64,000 nt of DNA from an uncultured Pseudomonadota bacterium (GCA_963749075.1 CAVVLJ010000022.1:128001-192000), one strand, 5' to 3'; shown: positions 1 through 11,204, numbered from the stretch's first letter. Program-made: numbers and translations. The notes: generated from the sequence alone by a model not told the origin.

Positions 1-2593
1 GACCTGGCAACGATCGAGGCGCGGATCGCCCTCCAGGCCGTGGCGCGCGCCGTGCTTCTGAGCCGTCGCGGGAGCCTTGCCGAGCAGGTCAAACGCCTGA
101 AAGAACCCAAGCCCGCCACCCCGCCGCCCGCACGACGCTCTTCGCCGCGCCGGTTGCCGGAGCCGACTCTCCGCCGGTCCGATGCGGAGTTCTTCAACGG
201 CCTCGGCGGCTTCGCCGGCGGGGGACGGGAATACGTGACGGTTCTCGGCGAGGGCCAGTGGACGCCGGCACCCTGGATCAACGTGATCGCCAATCCCACG
301 TTGGGCTTTCAGGCGTCGGTCGAGGGCGGAGGCTACACATGGTCGATCAATAGCCGGGAGAACCAGCTCACCCCTTGGTCGAACGACCCTGTCGTCGATC
401 GGCCGGGCGAGATCATCTACCTGCGTGACGAGGTAAGCGGCGAGCTGTGGGGTCCAACGGCCCTTCCAATACGCGAGAATGGCACGATCTACGTCGTTCG
501 CCACGGCCAGGGCTACAGCCGGTTCGAACACGCGTCGCATGGGATATCGCTCGAGCTTCTGCAATACGTGCCGGTGGACGCGCCGATCAAGATCGCCCGG
601 CTGAAGATCCGAAACAACTCCGGACGACGCCGGAGTCTCTCGGTGACCGCCTATGTGGAGTGGGTGCTCGGCACATCCCGCGAGGCTTCGGCGCCATTCG
701 TGGTGACGGAGATCGACGCTGTGAGCGGAGCGATGCTTGCGCGGAATTCCTGGCGCACCGAGTTCGGCGCACGCGTCGCGTTCGCGGATTCTGGCCGGGC
801 GACAGCAGGCATGGACGGGTGACAGGACGGAGTTCCTGGGACGCAACGGCGCGCTCGATCGCCCTGCAGCGCTTGCCGGCACGGCCTCGCTCTCCAATCG
901 GACCGGCGCGGGCCTCGATCCTTGCGGCGCTCTGCAAGCCCGCATCGAGCTTGAGCCGCAGGGTGCCACGGAGATCGCCTTCTTTCTCGGCGAGGCGGCG
1001 ACGAGGGCGGAGGCGGTCTCTCTCGTCACGCATTACCGCGCCGCCGACCTCGACAAGGTGCTGGAGGCGGTGACGCGCCACTGGGATGATGTCCTTGGTG
1101 CGGTCCAGGTCAAGACGCCTGACCGCGCGCTCGACATCCTGTTGAACCGATGGCTTCTCTACCAGACGCTCGCTTGTCGCCTCTGGGCGCGATCGGCGTT
1201 CTATCAAGCAAGCGGCGCCTACGGCTTCCGTGACCAGCTCCAGGACGGGATGGCGCTCGCCGTGTCGAAGCCGGCCGTGACGCGAGAGCATCTCTTGCGG
1301 GCCGCCGCGCGGCAATTTCCCGAGGGCGACGTTCAGCACTGGTGGTTGGCGCAGTCGGGCCAAGGGGTGCGTACGCGGGTCTCCGACGATCGGGTCTGGC
1401 TGCCCTATGCAGCCGCCCACTATGTCCAGGTCACGGGCGATCTCGGGGTATTGGACGAAGTGGTCCCCTTTCTCGACGGCCCGGCGCTCCGAGCCGGCGA
1501 GCACGACTCTTACTTTCAGCCCATGGTTTCCGAGAAGCGCGCCACTCTCTTCGAGCATTGCGCACTGGCTCTCGAGCAGAGTCTTTCGCTCGGCAGCCAC
1601 GGCATGCCCCGAATCGGCACGGGAGACTGGAATGACGGCATGAACCGGGTCGGAGAGGAAGGAAAGGGCGAAAGCGTCTGGCTCGGCTGGTTTCTCTATG
1701 CCACGCTCTCGGCCTTCGCCCCCTTGGCGGAGGACCGCGGTCAGTCAGCGCGCGCCGCGAGCTGGCTGCGGCACGCCGCTGCTCTAAAGGACGCTCTCGA
1801 GCGGGAGGGCTGGGACGGCGGCTGGTATCGGCGCGGTTATTTCGACGATGGCACGCCGCTTGGTTCGGCCGAGAGCAGCGAATGCCGCATCGACTCGATC
1901 GCGCAATCCTGGGGCGTGATCTCTCGTGCCGCGGATCCGGCTCGCAGGGCGCGCGCCATGGCGGCGGTGGAGGAATATCTCGTCCGTCGTGATGATGGGC
2001 TCGTCCTTCTCCTCACCCCGCCGTTCGATGAGACGCCGCGCGACCCCGGATACATCAAGGGATATCCGCCGGGCATCCGGGAAAACGGCGGTCAGTACAC
2101 CCACGCTGCGCTGTGGTCGGTGATCGCCTTCGCGATGCTCGGCGACGGCGACAAGGCGGCCGAGCTGCTCTCGATGTTGAATCCCATCAAACGCGCGAGC
2201 ACGCGGGCCGGGGTCGAGCGCTACAAGGTCGAGCCATATGTCATCTCAGCCGATGTCTACGCCGAGCCCCCGCATGTCGGTCGCGGCGGCTGGACTTGGT
2301 ACACCGGCTCCTCGGCATGGATGTACCGGGCGGGCCTCGAATGGATCCTCGGCTTTCGTTTGCAGGGAGCGGCGCTGTTGCTCGATCCCTGTGTGCCGCG
2401 GGCGTGGCCTCGCTTCGAGATCGTGCTGCGGTACCGCTCCGCGCGATATGAAATCGCGGTCGAGAACCCGCACGGTGTCAGCCGCGGAGTCGCCCGCGCG
2501 GAGATCGATGGCAACATCGTACCCGGCGGGTCAACGCCGATCCCGTTGCTGGACGACGGCGCGACCCATAAGGTGCGCATTGTTCTTGGATGA
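1..2593 (+). CDS. ndvB: Cyclic beta-1,2-glucan synthase (NdvB/ChvB/Cgs-like), C-terminal GH94 phosphorylase region; 5'-partial, one apparent frameshift at 789-790
   Basis: ORFs 40-822 and 737-2593 join into one GH94 sequence (FFNGLGGF, TPAPWINVIAN, NSRENQLTPWSNDP, RSAFYQASGAYGFRDQLQD, GDWNDGMN, GYIKGYPPGIRENGGQYTHA, GRGGWTWYTGS). Deleting one T at 789-790 gives RVAFADLAGRQQAWTGDRTEF. Confidence 0.85.
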
Positions 2594-2713
2594 TGCCGCA
2601 TCGCGGCAAGCTGGAAGGGAATCTCGCATGGCTGGACCGCGGCATCCCAGCCGAGATGCGCGATTGTGCGGCAAGGCCGCTCTGCCTCTCCGCTATCCCG
2701 ATCGAGAAACGGC

Positions 2714-2914
2714 CTAGAACGGCGATCTTATCGGCGGCTCTCGCCAGACCATCCCCCTCAGGAACAGGCCCGAAATGCCGCCGAGGACAACCATCCACGC
2801 GACGCCCAGGACCGGACCCACCGCAGCGAGCGGGATGGGAAAGAAACCATAGCCTGCGACGACGGCGACAACGGCGCCGCCGGCGGCAAAAGCAATTTGG
2901 CTCCGCGTCGCCAT
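2714..2914 (-). CDS. Small hypothetical membrane protein (66 aa, two hydrophobic segments)
   Basis: ATG at 2914 preceded by GAGGAG; MATRSQIAFAAGGAVVAVVAGYGFF...VLGVAWMVVLGGISGLFL is hydrophobic; lies downstream of cspA on the same strand. Confidence 0.5.
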   Translation of the reverse strand: MATRSQIAFAAGGAVVAVVAGYGFFPIPLAAVGPVLGVAWMVVLGGISGLFLRGMVWREPPIRSPF

Positions 2915-3076
2915 CACGAGCTCCTCTCCGCTCTCTCCATCTTCCCGCTCGCCGGGCTCCGTATCGCGCCAAGTGGGCACGACACGGGCTCATGCCGCGC
3001 GATAGCCCGGATCATCCGGCGCGAGCTCGAGGACGACCGGGCGTGCCCTCTGGGGCCGCCCGGCGCGGATCGCGAG

Positions 3077-3289
3077 TTAGGCCGCCCTTACGGCGATATT
3101 GGCCGCGGCGGTCTTGCCGTTGGCCAAATGCTCGACCTCGTACTCGACCTGCTGGCCCTCGATCAGGCCCTGGATGCCCGCTTTCGTCAGCGCGGCAGTG
3201 TTCACGTAGACATCCTTCGAGCCGTCCTTCGGCGTGATGAAGCCGAAACCCTTATCGAGCTTGAACCACTTTACGGTTCCCATTGCCAT
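3077..3289 (-). CDS. cspA: Cold-shock protein (CSD)
   Basis: 70 aa MAMGTVKWFKLDKGFGFITPKDGSKDVYV with RNP1 KGFGFI and an RNP2-like VYV. Confidence 0.93.
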   Translation of the reverse strand: MAMGTVKWFKLDKGFGFITPKDGSKDVYVNTAALTKAGIQGLIEGQQVEYEVEHLANGKTAAANIAVRAA

Positions 3290-3482
3290 TGCTTGAGTAT
3301 CCTTTGCAACTGGACGTTGCCGCCACGACGATTCGTGACGGGGTCTCGCTCTCGTCGATTGCTGCAACGGCCTCGGCCGTGCCCGGACCCGGGCAGGCCA
3401 AATAGCCGCGACGGCATTGAGAGGTGAGACCCATAAATGGGGGCCGCCGAGGCGCAATTCAAGCGCCCGGTGATCTGCCCGC

Positions 3483-4727
3483 TCAGGCGGCGCTGGACGC
3501 CGCCTTGGGCATGCCGGAGAGGCGCTCGCTCATCAGCCGGCTGTACCAGTCGAGAAACTGGATGACGCCGCCCTCGTGGATGTGCGAGTAGGGACCGGGC
3601 TCGTAGGCGGGCGAGTTGATGCCCTTCTGGTTGTCCTGGACGATGCGCCGGTCCTCGTCGTTGGTGGCGAGCCAGACCTCGGTCAATTCCTTCACGTCGT
3701 AATCGACGCCTTCCTGGGCGTCGCGGTGCACCAGCCATTTGGTGGTGAGCTCGGTCTCGCCGGGACCGAGCGGCAGGACGCGGAAGCTGAGCGCGTGATC
3801 GGCGAGGAGATGGTTCCAGCTCGTCGGGTAATGGAAGAGGAGCATGGAGCCGAGCGTGGCACTGGGAAAGTCGGCGAGCAGCCGGCGCACGGCGGCACGC
3901 CCGCTCATCGTCATCGATTCCTGGTCGTCGACGTAGGGGATGCGCGCGGTGCGGTACTGGCCGCTCGCCGCCATCTGGAAGCGGCTCGGCAGCCCCATCG
4001 CCTCGCAGCGGCTCCAGTGGGCGGCGATGAGCTCGTCGCCGGCCAGCCCGTCGACGCCGGTGAGCGTGGGGCGGTCCGTGAAGGTGCGGCAGAGCTCCGG
4101 ATGGTTGCGCCGGCAGTGATAGCACTCGCGGTTGTTCTCCATGACGAGCTTCCAGTTGCCGCGCTCGACGATGGTCGATTCGAAGGCGACCTTGGCCTCC
4201 GCCAGCCGGTGCGGCGCCATGTAGGGCTCGACCGCGGCGCGGAAGGATGCGAAATCGCGCGGCTCCTTCGCGAGCGAGACGAAGAGATAGCCCGCCACCT
4301 CCTCGCAGCCGATGGGCTTCAGGCTGAAGCGCTGGAGGTCGATCTCCTCCATCATGTCGCGCGCGAAGATCAGCCGGCCGTCGAGCTCGTAGGTCCATTG
4401 GTGATAGGGGCACACCAGCTTGGCGCTGCGTCCCTTCGCCTTGGTGCAGACGTGGTGGCCGCGGTGCCGGCAGACGTTGTGGTAGGCGCGCGCGAGCTGG
4501 TCGCGGCCGCGCAGGACGACGAGCGGATAGGCGCCCACCTGGAGCGTGAAGTAGTCGCCGGGGCGCGCGATCTCGCAAGAGTGGCCGGCGAACAACCACT
4601 CCCTGTAGAAGATCTCCGCGAGGTCGATCTCGTGGCAGGCGGCGTCCGTGTAGAAGCTCCGCGGCAGGCCGTAATCGGCCGCGCGTGCCTGGAGCTCGTT
4701 CAGCATCCGTGCGCGGGTAAGGTCCAT
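3483..4727 (-). CDS. Rieske non-heme iron oxygenase alpha subunit, GbcA/glycine-betaine demethylase-like
   Basis: Rieske CRHRG...CPYH and mononuclear Fe motif NWKLVMENNRECYHC..NH; C-terminal EGVDYD...VWLATN.ED...QKGINSPAYEPGPYS resembles GbcA-type enzymes. Confidence 0.85.
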   Translation of the reverse strand: MDLTRARMLNELQARAADYGLPRSFYTDAACHEIDLAEIFYREWLFAGHSCEIARPGDYFTLQVGAYPLVVLRGRDQLARAYHNVCRHRGHHVCTKAKGRSAKLVCPYHQWTYELDGRLIFARDMMEEIDLQRFSLKPIGCEEVAGYLFVSLAKEPRDFASFRAAVEPYMAPHRLAEAKVAFESTIVERGNWKLVMENNRECYHCRRNHPELCRTFTDRPTLTGVDGLAGDELIAAHWSRCEAMGLPSRFQMAASGQYRTARIPYVDDQESMTMSGRAAVRRLLADFPSATLGSMLLFHYPTSWNHLLADHALSFRVLPLGPGETELTTKWLVHRDAQEGVDYDVKELTEVWLATNDEDRRIVQDNQKGINSPAYEPGPYSHIHEGGVIQFLDWYSRLMSERLSGMPKAASSAA

Positions 4728-4887
4728 GGGGGCTCCGTCGTCATCTTGCCGCGCCGCGCGGGAGCCGCGTCGGGGCCGCGCGGGTCGCATGCCTCAGGCT
4801 AGCACAAAGGCCGCCGCGGCGGGGCATCGAAAACGGCCTCGGTCGGCGCGCAGGCGGCGGCTCGCCTGGGGCGGCGGAGCGGGCCGG

Positions 4888-7527
4888 TCAGCCCGCAGCT
4901 TGCCTGCGGCTGTCGCGCCATGCGAGGAGGGCCGGCAGCACGATCAAGTTGGCCGCGAGCGCCATCGAGAGCGAGATGGCCAAAAGGCCGCCCATGCTCG
5001 CCATGCCGCGGTGGCTCGACACCATCAGGCTCCCGAAGGAGGCCATGGTGGTCAGCGCGCTCACCAGTACGGCCAAGGGCGTGCTCGTATTGAGCAGGCG
5101 TCCCACGTCGGGCATCTCGCGGTGGCGCATGACGAGATAGACGCCGAATGCCGAGCCCAGGCTGAAGAGGAGCGGCAATGCCATGATGTTGGCGAGATTG
5201 AGCTTGGTGTCGAGGAGCACGATCGCGGCGATCGTCAGGCTCAGCGCGAGCCCGAGCGGCAGGGCCACGAGCAGCCAATCGGCGATGCTGCGCAGCGCCA
5301 GAATGAGCACGAGCGAGACGCCGATGAAGGCGAGCACGCCGCTCGTCTCGAAGGCGTGGACCACGGCGTCGGCACCGCCGAGGAGAAGAACGGCGGTCCC
5401 CGTCGCATCGGGCGCCAGGCTGCGCACCCCGGCGACGAAGCGGCGAAGCTGGCGCGCGCCCGCGAAGGCGTGCTTGGGCGAAACCTCGATGCGCGCCCGG
5501 CCGTCGGCGCTCATGTAGCGGGACCTGATGTCCTCCGGCAGGTCCGCGAGGGTGACCTTCGTGGCGCCCAAGGCGTCCTTGAGGTCGCTGAGGCGTCCCG
5601 GCAGGTTGCCGAGGAGGGCCTGCTCGAGGGCGCGGTAGCGCCGGGCCGGGTCGGCGGCTGCCTCTTTGGCGAAGTCCTGCAGCAGGCCTGCAAGACGCCC
5701 CGCCGGAGCGAGGAGATCGCCTGCGCGCGGCGAGGCGGCCAGCTCCTTGAGCTCGGCGATCAGACCGGCGGCGGCCGCCTGGTTCTCCGCAAGCGACGGC
5801 GCCGCCGCCGCCGCGGCGTGGTCGAAGACGGGCATGAGGAAGAGCGACATCTGGTCGATGATGTCGAGCTTGGCGTCCTGATCCGAAGGTACGAACGAGG
5901 CGAGCGTCACCACGTCGCCAACGAGCGGCTGCTTCTCGATCTTCTCGGCGAGAGTCGCGGCCGCCGGCAGGTTTGGCGCCAGGACGCTGATCGAATAGGG
6001 CGAGGCCCGGCTGTCCGCCATCAGGGCATCGTAGGTCTGGACCGATTGCGACCGGGGGTCCTCCAATTTGATGGGGTCGACCTCGAAGCCCACGCGCCCG
6101 ATGGCCGCGAGCGACAGGAGCCCGACGACGAGCGCCGCGATGGCGATCGCGCGGGCATGGCGCACCAGGAAGTGGCTGCGCCGTGCGGCGCCGTCCTCCT
6201 TCGCCGCGCGCCCAGGCCGCGGTGCGATCGGCATCAGGGTCAGCACCGCGGGAAGCAGCGTGAGCGTGGCGACGAGGCTGATGCACATGCCGACGCCGGA
6301 GATGATGCCGAGCTCGGCCAAGCCGCGGTACTCGGTCGGCACGAAGGAGAAATAGCCGACCGCGGCGGCGAGTGCCGCGAGTGCGATGGCGACGCCGGTG
6401 CCCGAGATCGCCTCGCCGAGCGCTGCCCGGTGCGCGCGCCCGCGGTCCCGTGCCTCCTGGAAGCGCATGCCGAACTGGACGCTGAAGTCCATGGCGACCC
6501 CGATGAAGAGCACGGCGAAGGCGCTCGAGAGCAGATTGAGATGGCCCACGGCGAGCGCCGCGAAGGCGCTCGTCCACACCAGGCTGATGACGAGGGTGAC
6601 GATCATGGCGGCGACGAGGCGGAGCGAGCGCAGGCCGACGAAGGCGATGAGCGAGACGAGAGCCAGCGAGACGATGCCGGCGCGCTCGCCGCCCTGGGTC
6701 ACGGCGCGGACCTCGTCGGCGGCGATCGGCAGGTCCCCGGTGAGCCGCACCTCGATGCCGTGCGCCGGATCGAGGCCGAGCCCGGCCGCGATGCGCGGTA
6801 TCTCCGCGAGTGCCGGCGGGTCGTCGGCGGCTGTGCCGCCTTGCCGCGCCTCGGCCAGGATGACGTGGCGATCGTCGCCCGCCTTCAACGGGCTCGCCGA
6901 CATCAGGGCGCGCCAGCTGAGCGGCCGCGTGCCGCCCTTGATCGCCTCCTCGAGGGTGTCGGCGATGCTCGTCAAGGGGCGGCCGAGCCCGCCCGCGTCC
7001 TGGCCGTTCTCGGCGATCGCCTTGGCCGCCAGTCCCAGCACCTTGAAAAGGCCCCGCAGGCTCATGTCGCTCGCGAGCTCGCCGAGCAACGGCTCCGCCG
7101 CCGCGATGCGGTCCGACATGGCCTCGAGATCGGCCTTGCTGAGGAAGAGGAGTCCGTTGCGGCGGAAGAAGGCGCCGCCTTCCGGATCGTAGACCCACTT
7201 GAAGAGATCGCTCCGCCGCCCGAGCGCCTGGGCGAGGGCGAGGCCGGCGTCCTCCGCCTGGTCCGCCGTGGCCGCCGTCACCAGGATCGTGATATTGCCG
7301 TCGAGCGCCGGAAACGCCGCCTCAAATTCCCGGTTCAGCTTGAGGAAGGGCAGCTCGGGGGAGAGCATGTCCGCCGTGCTCGTCTGCATCACGAGATGCC
7401 CAGCCGCGTAGTAGCCTCCCGCCGCCGCGAGTGCCAGCGATGCCAGCACGATGGCTTTCGCATGGCGGCTGACCCAATCGCCCCAACGGGCGAGCGGCCT
7501 CGCGCTCTCGATGTCCGGCATCTTCAT
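4888..7527 (-). CDS. hpnN: MMPL/RND family transporter, hopanoid transporter HpnN-like
   Basis: About 880 aa with two RND repeats; FFRRNGLLFL, GHLNLLSSAFAVLFIGV..DFSVQF, PTEYRGLAELGIISG, FGSLMVSSHRGMASMG. Start codon uncertain. Confidence 0.82.
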   Translation of the reverse strand: MKMPDIESARPLARWGDWVSRHAKAIVLASLALAAAGGYYAAGHLVMQTSTADMLSPELPFLKLNREFEAAFPALDGNITILVTAATADQAEDAGLALAQALGRRSDLFKWVYDPEGGAFFRRNGLLFLSKADLEAMSDRIAAAEPLLGELASDMSLRGLFKVLGLAAKAIAENGQDAGGLGRPLTSIADTLEEAIKGGTRPLSWRALMSASPLKAGDDRHVILAEARQGGTAADDPPALAEIPRIAAGLGLDPAHGIEVRLTGDLPIAADEVRAVTQGGERAGIVSLALVSLIAFVGLRSLRLVAAMIVTLVISLVWTSAFAALAVGHLNLLSSAFAVLFIGVAMDFSVQFGMRFQEARDRGRAHRAALGEAISGTGVAIALAALAAAVGYFSFVPTEYRGLAELGIISGVGMCISLVATLTLLPAVLTLMPIAPRPGRAAKEDGAARRSHFLVRHARAIAIAALVVGLLSLAAIGRVGFEVDPIKLEDPRSQSVQTYDALMADSRASPYSISVLAPNLPAAATLAEKIEKQPLVGDVVTLASFVPSDQDAKLDIIDQMSLFLMPVFDHAAAAAAPSLAENQAAAAGLIAELKELAASPRAGDLLAPAGRLAGLLQDFAKEAAADPARRYRALEQALLGNLPGRLSDLKDALGATKVTLADLPEDIRSRYMSADGRARIEVSPKHAFAGARQLRRFVAGVRSLAPDATGTAVLLLGGADAVVHAFETSGVLAFIGVSLVLILALRSIADWLLVALPLGLALSLTIAAIVLLDTKLNLANIMALPLLFSLGSAFGVYLVMRHREMPDVGRLLNTSTPLAVLVSALTTMASFGSLMVSSHRGMASMGGLLAISLSMALAANLIVLPALLAWRDSRRQAAG

Positions 7528-7639
7528 CCCGAGTGCTCCGGCGCCGCCCTTCATATCGCTTCGAGGCATTAATGATTTACGGCGTCTTGCTTGGCGAGCG
7601 GATTGCTCGGTGGTGCAGGATCAATGCGGCCGCGCGGCG

Positions 7640-8644
7640 CTAGCGCTCGCCCGCCGCGGCGGCGGCAGGGACGGCGGGCTTCGCGAGCTTCTTGCGGTAG
7701 CCGAACGACTCGTCGAAGCGGCGGAGGATGTAATCGCCGGCGCGCACCGGCTCGTAGCGGCACTCCGCCGCTGGCGTCCCCAGCTCGCGCGGATCGACCG
7801 TGGCGGCGAAATCGGGATCGAAGAAGGTCGCGATCGAATAGCGCTCGCGGCCCGAGCGGTTGATGACGCGGTGCACGGTCGAGCTGAAGCGGCCGTTCGT
7901 CCAGCGCGCCAGAAGATCGCCGACATTGACCACGAGGGTGCCCGCGATCGGGCGCGCATCGATCCAGGTCTTGCTCGCCAGGCTGCGCACCTGGAGGCCG
8001 CCGTTGTCGTCCTGCCAGAGGAGGGTGATGCAGCCGTAATCCGAGTGCGGCGCCACGCCGAACTGCTCGTCCTCCGAAAGAGGCGGCTGCGGCGGGTAAT
8101 AGATGATCTGGGTGCGCTGGAGCGGCTTGGTGTATTTGTCCCTGAAGAAGCTCTCCTCGAGGCCGAGGCCGAGGGCGACGACGCGTAAGAGGTCGGCGCC
8201 GCAGCCTGCCATCTCGCGGAAATAGGCATAGAGCGCCGGCTGCAGCTCCGGCATGAAGCTCGGCCAGTTGTTGGGGCCGCGGAGCGGCTCGCCCGCGAGC
8301 ACGCTCGCGTCGCTTTCCGGGAGCTCGAGCCCGATGCTGTAGAACTCCTTGTAGTCCGGCTTGCGCGCGCCATACATGAGCGCGTCGCCGCGCGCGTGGA
8401 AGCCGCGGTGATTGGCGTTGGCGGCGACCGTCCGCTTGATCTCGACCGGGTGCGCGAAGAACTGCCGGGCCGCGGCCGCCGCCCGCTCGATCGTCTCGCC
8501 CGGCACCTTGTGGTTCGCGATATAGAAGAACCCCACGGTGGTGCAGGCGAGATGGATCTCCCGCGCGGCCCTGGCCATGGCCGCGGGATCGCGCGCGCGC
8601 ACGCCGGCAAAATCGACGATCGGAATCTCGCCTGCACCCGTCAT
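7640..8644 (-). CDS. 2-oxoglutarate/Fe(II) dioxygenase, isopenicillin-N-synthase (DIOX) family
   Basis: IPIVDF, GFFYIANH, HSDYG (HxD), distal H in STVHRV and RYS motif. Confidence 0.9.
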   Translation of the reverse strand: MTGAGEIPIVDFAGVRARDPAAMARAAREIHLACTTVGFFYIANHKVPGETIERAAAAARQFFAHPVEIKRTVAANANHRGFHARGDALMYGARKPDYKEFYSIGLELPESDASVLAGEPLRGPNNWPSFMPELQPALYAYFREMAGCGADLLRVVALGLGLEESFFRDKYTKPLQRTQIIYYPPQPPLSEDEQFGVAPHSDYGCITLLWQDDNGGLQVRSLASKTWIDARPIAGTLVVNVGDLLARWTNGRFSSTVHRVINRSGRERYSIATFFDPDFAATVDPRELGTPAAECRYEPVRAGDYILRRFDESFGYRKKLAKPAVPAAAAAGER

Positions 8645-8865
8645 GGCGGCTCTCCACCCTCTCTCGCCACAGTCGCGGAACGGCTCATGGCGAAGCGCCG
8701 GCCGTTCCATTCGCCGCCGCCCGTGATAGCTCTTCCTTCTTACTTTTTACCAGGATTCCGTGAGACCCGGTAAAGCCCAAAGCTCACGCCGCGCCCGGGC
8801 AGCGCCGCTGCCCTCGATGCGAGAGCGCTTGCGCCCTGGAACGGTCTTCTCAGCAAGACGGATAA

Positions 8866-8882
8866 TGCCTATTCTCTAGGCA
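8866..8882. promoter_or_regulatory. Candidate NtrC-type enhancer palindrome
   Basis: TGCCTA-TTCTC-TAGGCA, a 17-bp palindrome about 70 bp upstream of a sigma54 site. Confidence 0.55.
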
Positions 8883-8952
8883 GTTTTCTCTGTCCCGCCG
8901 CGTGCCGGCGATGCGAGAGGGCGGCGCTCCGGCGCAAGAGGCGCGCCACCCC

Positions 8953-8968
8953 TGGCATGCGAATTGCT
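8953..8968 (+). promoter_or_regulatory. Sigma54 (-24/-12) promoter of the amino-acid ABC operon
   Basis: TGGCAT-GCGAA-TTGCT matches TGGCAC-N5-TTGCW with exact spacing. Confidence 0.75.
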
Positions 8969-9060
8969 ACTGCTCGGAAACTCAAGAAGCCGGAGCGGAC
9001 CCCGCGCAGGACAAGCCGCCGGCGGGCCAACAAGTTTCCTTAGGGGAAAGGACGCGCGAC

Positions 9061-9915
9061 ATGCGCGAGTTGCCGGTTCCTTCCGCCGCCGCGGGGCCGC
9101 CCGTGCCGCCCATCCTGAAACTCGACCGCATCGACAAGTTCTTCGGGCGCACGCAAGTGCTGCGCGACGTGACGCTCGAGGTGCGCAAGGGCGAGGTGGT
9201 GTGCATCATCGGCCCGTCCGGTGCCGGCAAATCCACGCTGCTCCGCTGCATCAACCATCTCGAGAGCGTCGACAGCGGCACCATCTACTTCGAGGGCCAG
9301 CCCGTCTATCGCTACGTGAGGGGTGCGCGGGTGGTGGTGGACCCGGAGCGCCGGATCGAGGAGATCCGCTCCCACATCGGCATGGTGTTCCAGTCCTTCA
9401 ACCTCTTCCCGCATCTCACGGCGATCGGCAACGTCATCGAGGCGCCGGTGCATGTGCGGGGCGAGCCCTACAAGCAGGCCCGCAAGCGCGGCTTAGCCGA
9501 GCTGCGCCGCGTCGGCATCGCGGAGAAGGCCGACGCCTATCCGCATCAGTTGAGCGGCGGACAGCAGCAGCGCGTGGCGATCGCCAGAGCACTCGCCATG
9601 GATCCCAAGGTGATGCTGTTCGACGAGGCGACCTCGGCGCTCGACCCAGAGCTGGTCGGCGAAGTGCTGCGCGTCATGCGGCAGCTCGCGGCGGAGGGCA
9701 TGACCATGGTCGTCGTCACCCACGAGATGGGCTTCGCCCGCGACGTGGCGGACCGCGCGGTCTTCATGGACGCCGGCGCCATCGTCGAGGAGGGCCACCC
9801 GCAGCAGATCTTCTCGGCACCCCGCGCCGAGCGCACGCGGCAGTTCCTCCAGACCATCCTCGACCGCAACGGCCAGCTGGAGCCGGCGGCCAGCTCCGCC
9901 GAAGAAACCGCCTAG
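9061..9915 (+). CDS. Polar amino-acid ABC transporter ATP-binding protein
   Basis: [48 protein letters not shown]. Confidence 0.95.
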   Translation: MRELPVPSAAAGPPVPPILKLDRIDKFFGRTQVLRDVTLEVRKGEVVCIIGPSGAGKSTLLRCINHLESVDSGTIYFEGQPVYRYVRGARVVVDPERRIEEIRSHIGMVFQSFNLFPHLTAIGNVIEAPVHVRGEPYKQARKRGLAELRRVGIAEKADAYPHQLSGGQQQRVAIARALAMDPKVMLFDEATSALDPELVGEVLRVMRQLAAEGMTMVVVTHEMGFARDVADRAVFMDAGAIVEEGHPQQIFSAPRAERTRQFLQTILDRNGQLEPAASSAEETA

Positions 9916-10095
9916 GCAGCGTCCCGAACGGAGACCGCCTGATGAATCGCGCGAGACTACATGAGCGCTTTTGCCGGTCCGCTTCCGCCGCGCGCTCCGC
10001 GGAACGGATCGGCGTCGTCGGTTGCACGCCGCGAGCGCAGCACAACGCGTGACAAATAAAGGGGCACCACAGCCAGCAAGAGAGGAGGCCAGGAC

Positions 10096-11025
10096 ATGAC
10101 AGACGACCGCACGCCGGCCAGCACGGCCGAGAGTCCAAGCACGGCGCTGACGCGCCGCCGGCTTCTGCGAGCGGGCGCTGCCGCCGGCGTGGCGACGGTC
10201 GCCGCGGGGGCGCTGCCGCGCGCGGCGGCGGCGGCGGCCGAGCCCATGGTCGACGACTCGTTCAAGGGCTTCGTCCTCTCGAAGCTCGGCTGCGACGATT
10301 CGCTGGTCAAGGTGCAGCAGAAGGGCGAACTCATCGTCGGCACCTCGGACGACTGGCCCTACTCCTTCTATCCGGCGGGCTCCTCGGAGTGGACCGGCCT
10401 CGACGCCGACATCATCAAGTACGTCGCCAAGATGCTGAAGATCCCGAAGATCAACGTGCAGGTCGCGCAGTTTTCGGCGCTCATCCCGGGCATGCTCGAC
10501 GGCCGCTTCGACATGGTCGGCGACTCGATCCACTGGACGCTCGCGCGCTCCAAGGTGGTCGATTTCTGCTTCCCCACCTACTACTACTCCGAGTGGCTGG
10601 CGGTGAAGAAGGGCAATCCCAAGAACATCCACAATTTCGCCGATATGAAAGGCAAGACGATCTGCACCATGATCGGCACCAACTACGCGGAGTGGCTGAG
10701 CAAGATCGAGGGCATCAACTTCGTCACCGCCAAGGACTGGCAGGAAACCATCCAGGACCTGGTGATCGGGCGCGTCGACGGCATCGTCTACGACCAGCCG
10801 GTGCTCGCCGCTTCCTTCAAGGACCACCCCGAATGGCCGGTCGAGCTGGCCACGGGCTACGAGCCGCGCACCTTCAAGAACCCGACGGGCTACAGCCGCT
10901 ACGCCTTCCGGCAGAACGCCGTGCAGCTCCGCGAGGGCTTCACCGACGCCATCGAATGGATGCAGGACCAGCTCGAGATGCAGAAGATCCTGACCAAGTG
11001 GAACCTGACGGGATACAACAACTAG
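10096..11025 (+). CDS. Polar amino-acid ABC substrate-binding protein (SBP_bac_3), Tat signal
   Basis: TRRRLL twin-arginine leader; family-3 SBP pattern (GLDADII, LIPGMLDGRFD, GRVDGIVYD); GAGGAGG RBS. Confidence 0.88.
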   Translation: MTDDRTPASTAESPSTALTRRRLLRAGAAAGVATVAAGALPRAAAAAAEPMVDDSFKGFVLSKLGCDDSLVKVQQKGELIVGTSDDWPYSFYPAGSSEWTGLDADIIKYVAKMLKIPKINVQVAQFSALIPGMLDGRFDMVGDSIHWTLARSKVVDFCFPTYYYSEWLAVKKGNPKNIHNFADMKGKTICTMIGTNYAEWLSKIEGINFVTAKDWQETIQDLVIGRVDGIVYDQPVLAASFKDHPEWPVELATGYEPRTFKNPTGYSRYAFRQNAVQLREGFTDAIEWMQDQLEMQKILTKWNLTGYNN

Positions 11026-11061
11026 TGCCTACCGCCGCCGGCGCGGGCGTCGCTCGCTCTT

Positions 11062-11088
11062 CTCCCTCCCCCCGCAAGGGGGAGGGGC
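11062..11088. repeat. REP-like GC hairpin, possible terminator
   Basis: CTCCCTCCCCC-GCAA-GGGGGAGGGG downstream of the SBP gene; same hairpin family as at 28402 and 43806. Confidence 0.6.
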
Positions 11089-11204
11089 GCCTCTTTCGTT
11101 GCCGGGCTATGCATCCGGCCGCCGGCGCGCGGCATCGCGTGAAGATGCCGCCCGCCTGCCGTCGGGCCCGGCTATCGCACCACTAGAGAGGGCGGGGGCT
11201 TCGC

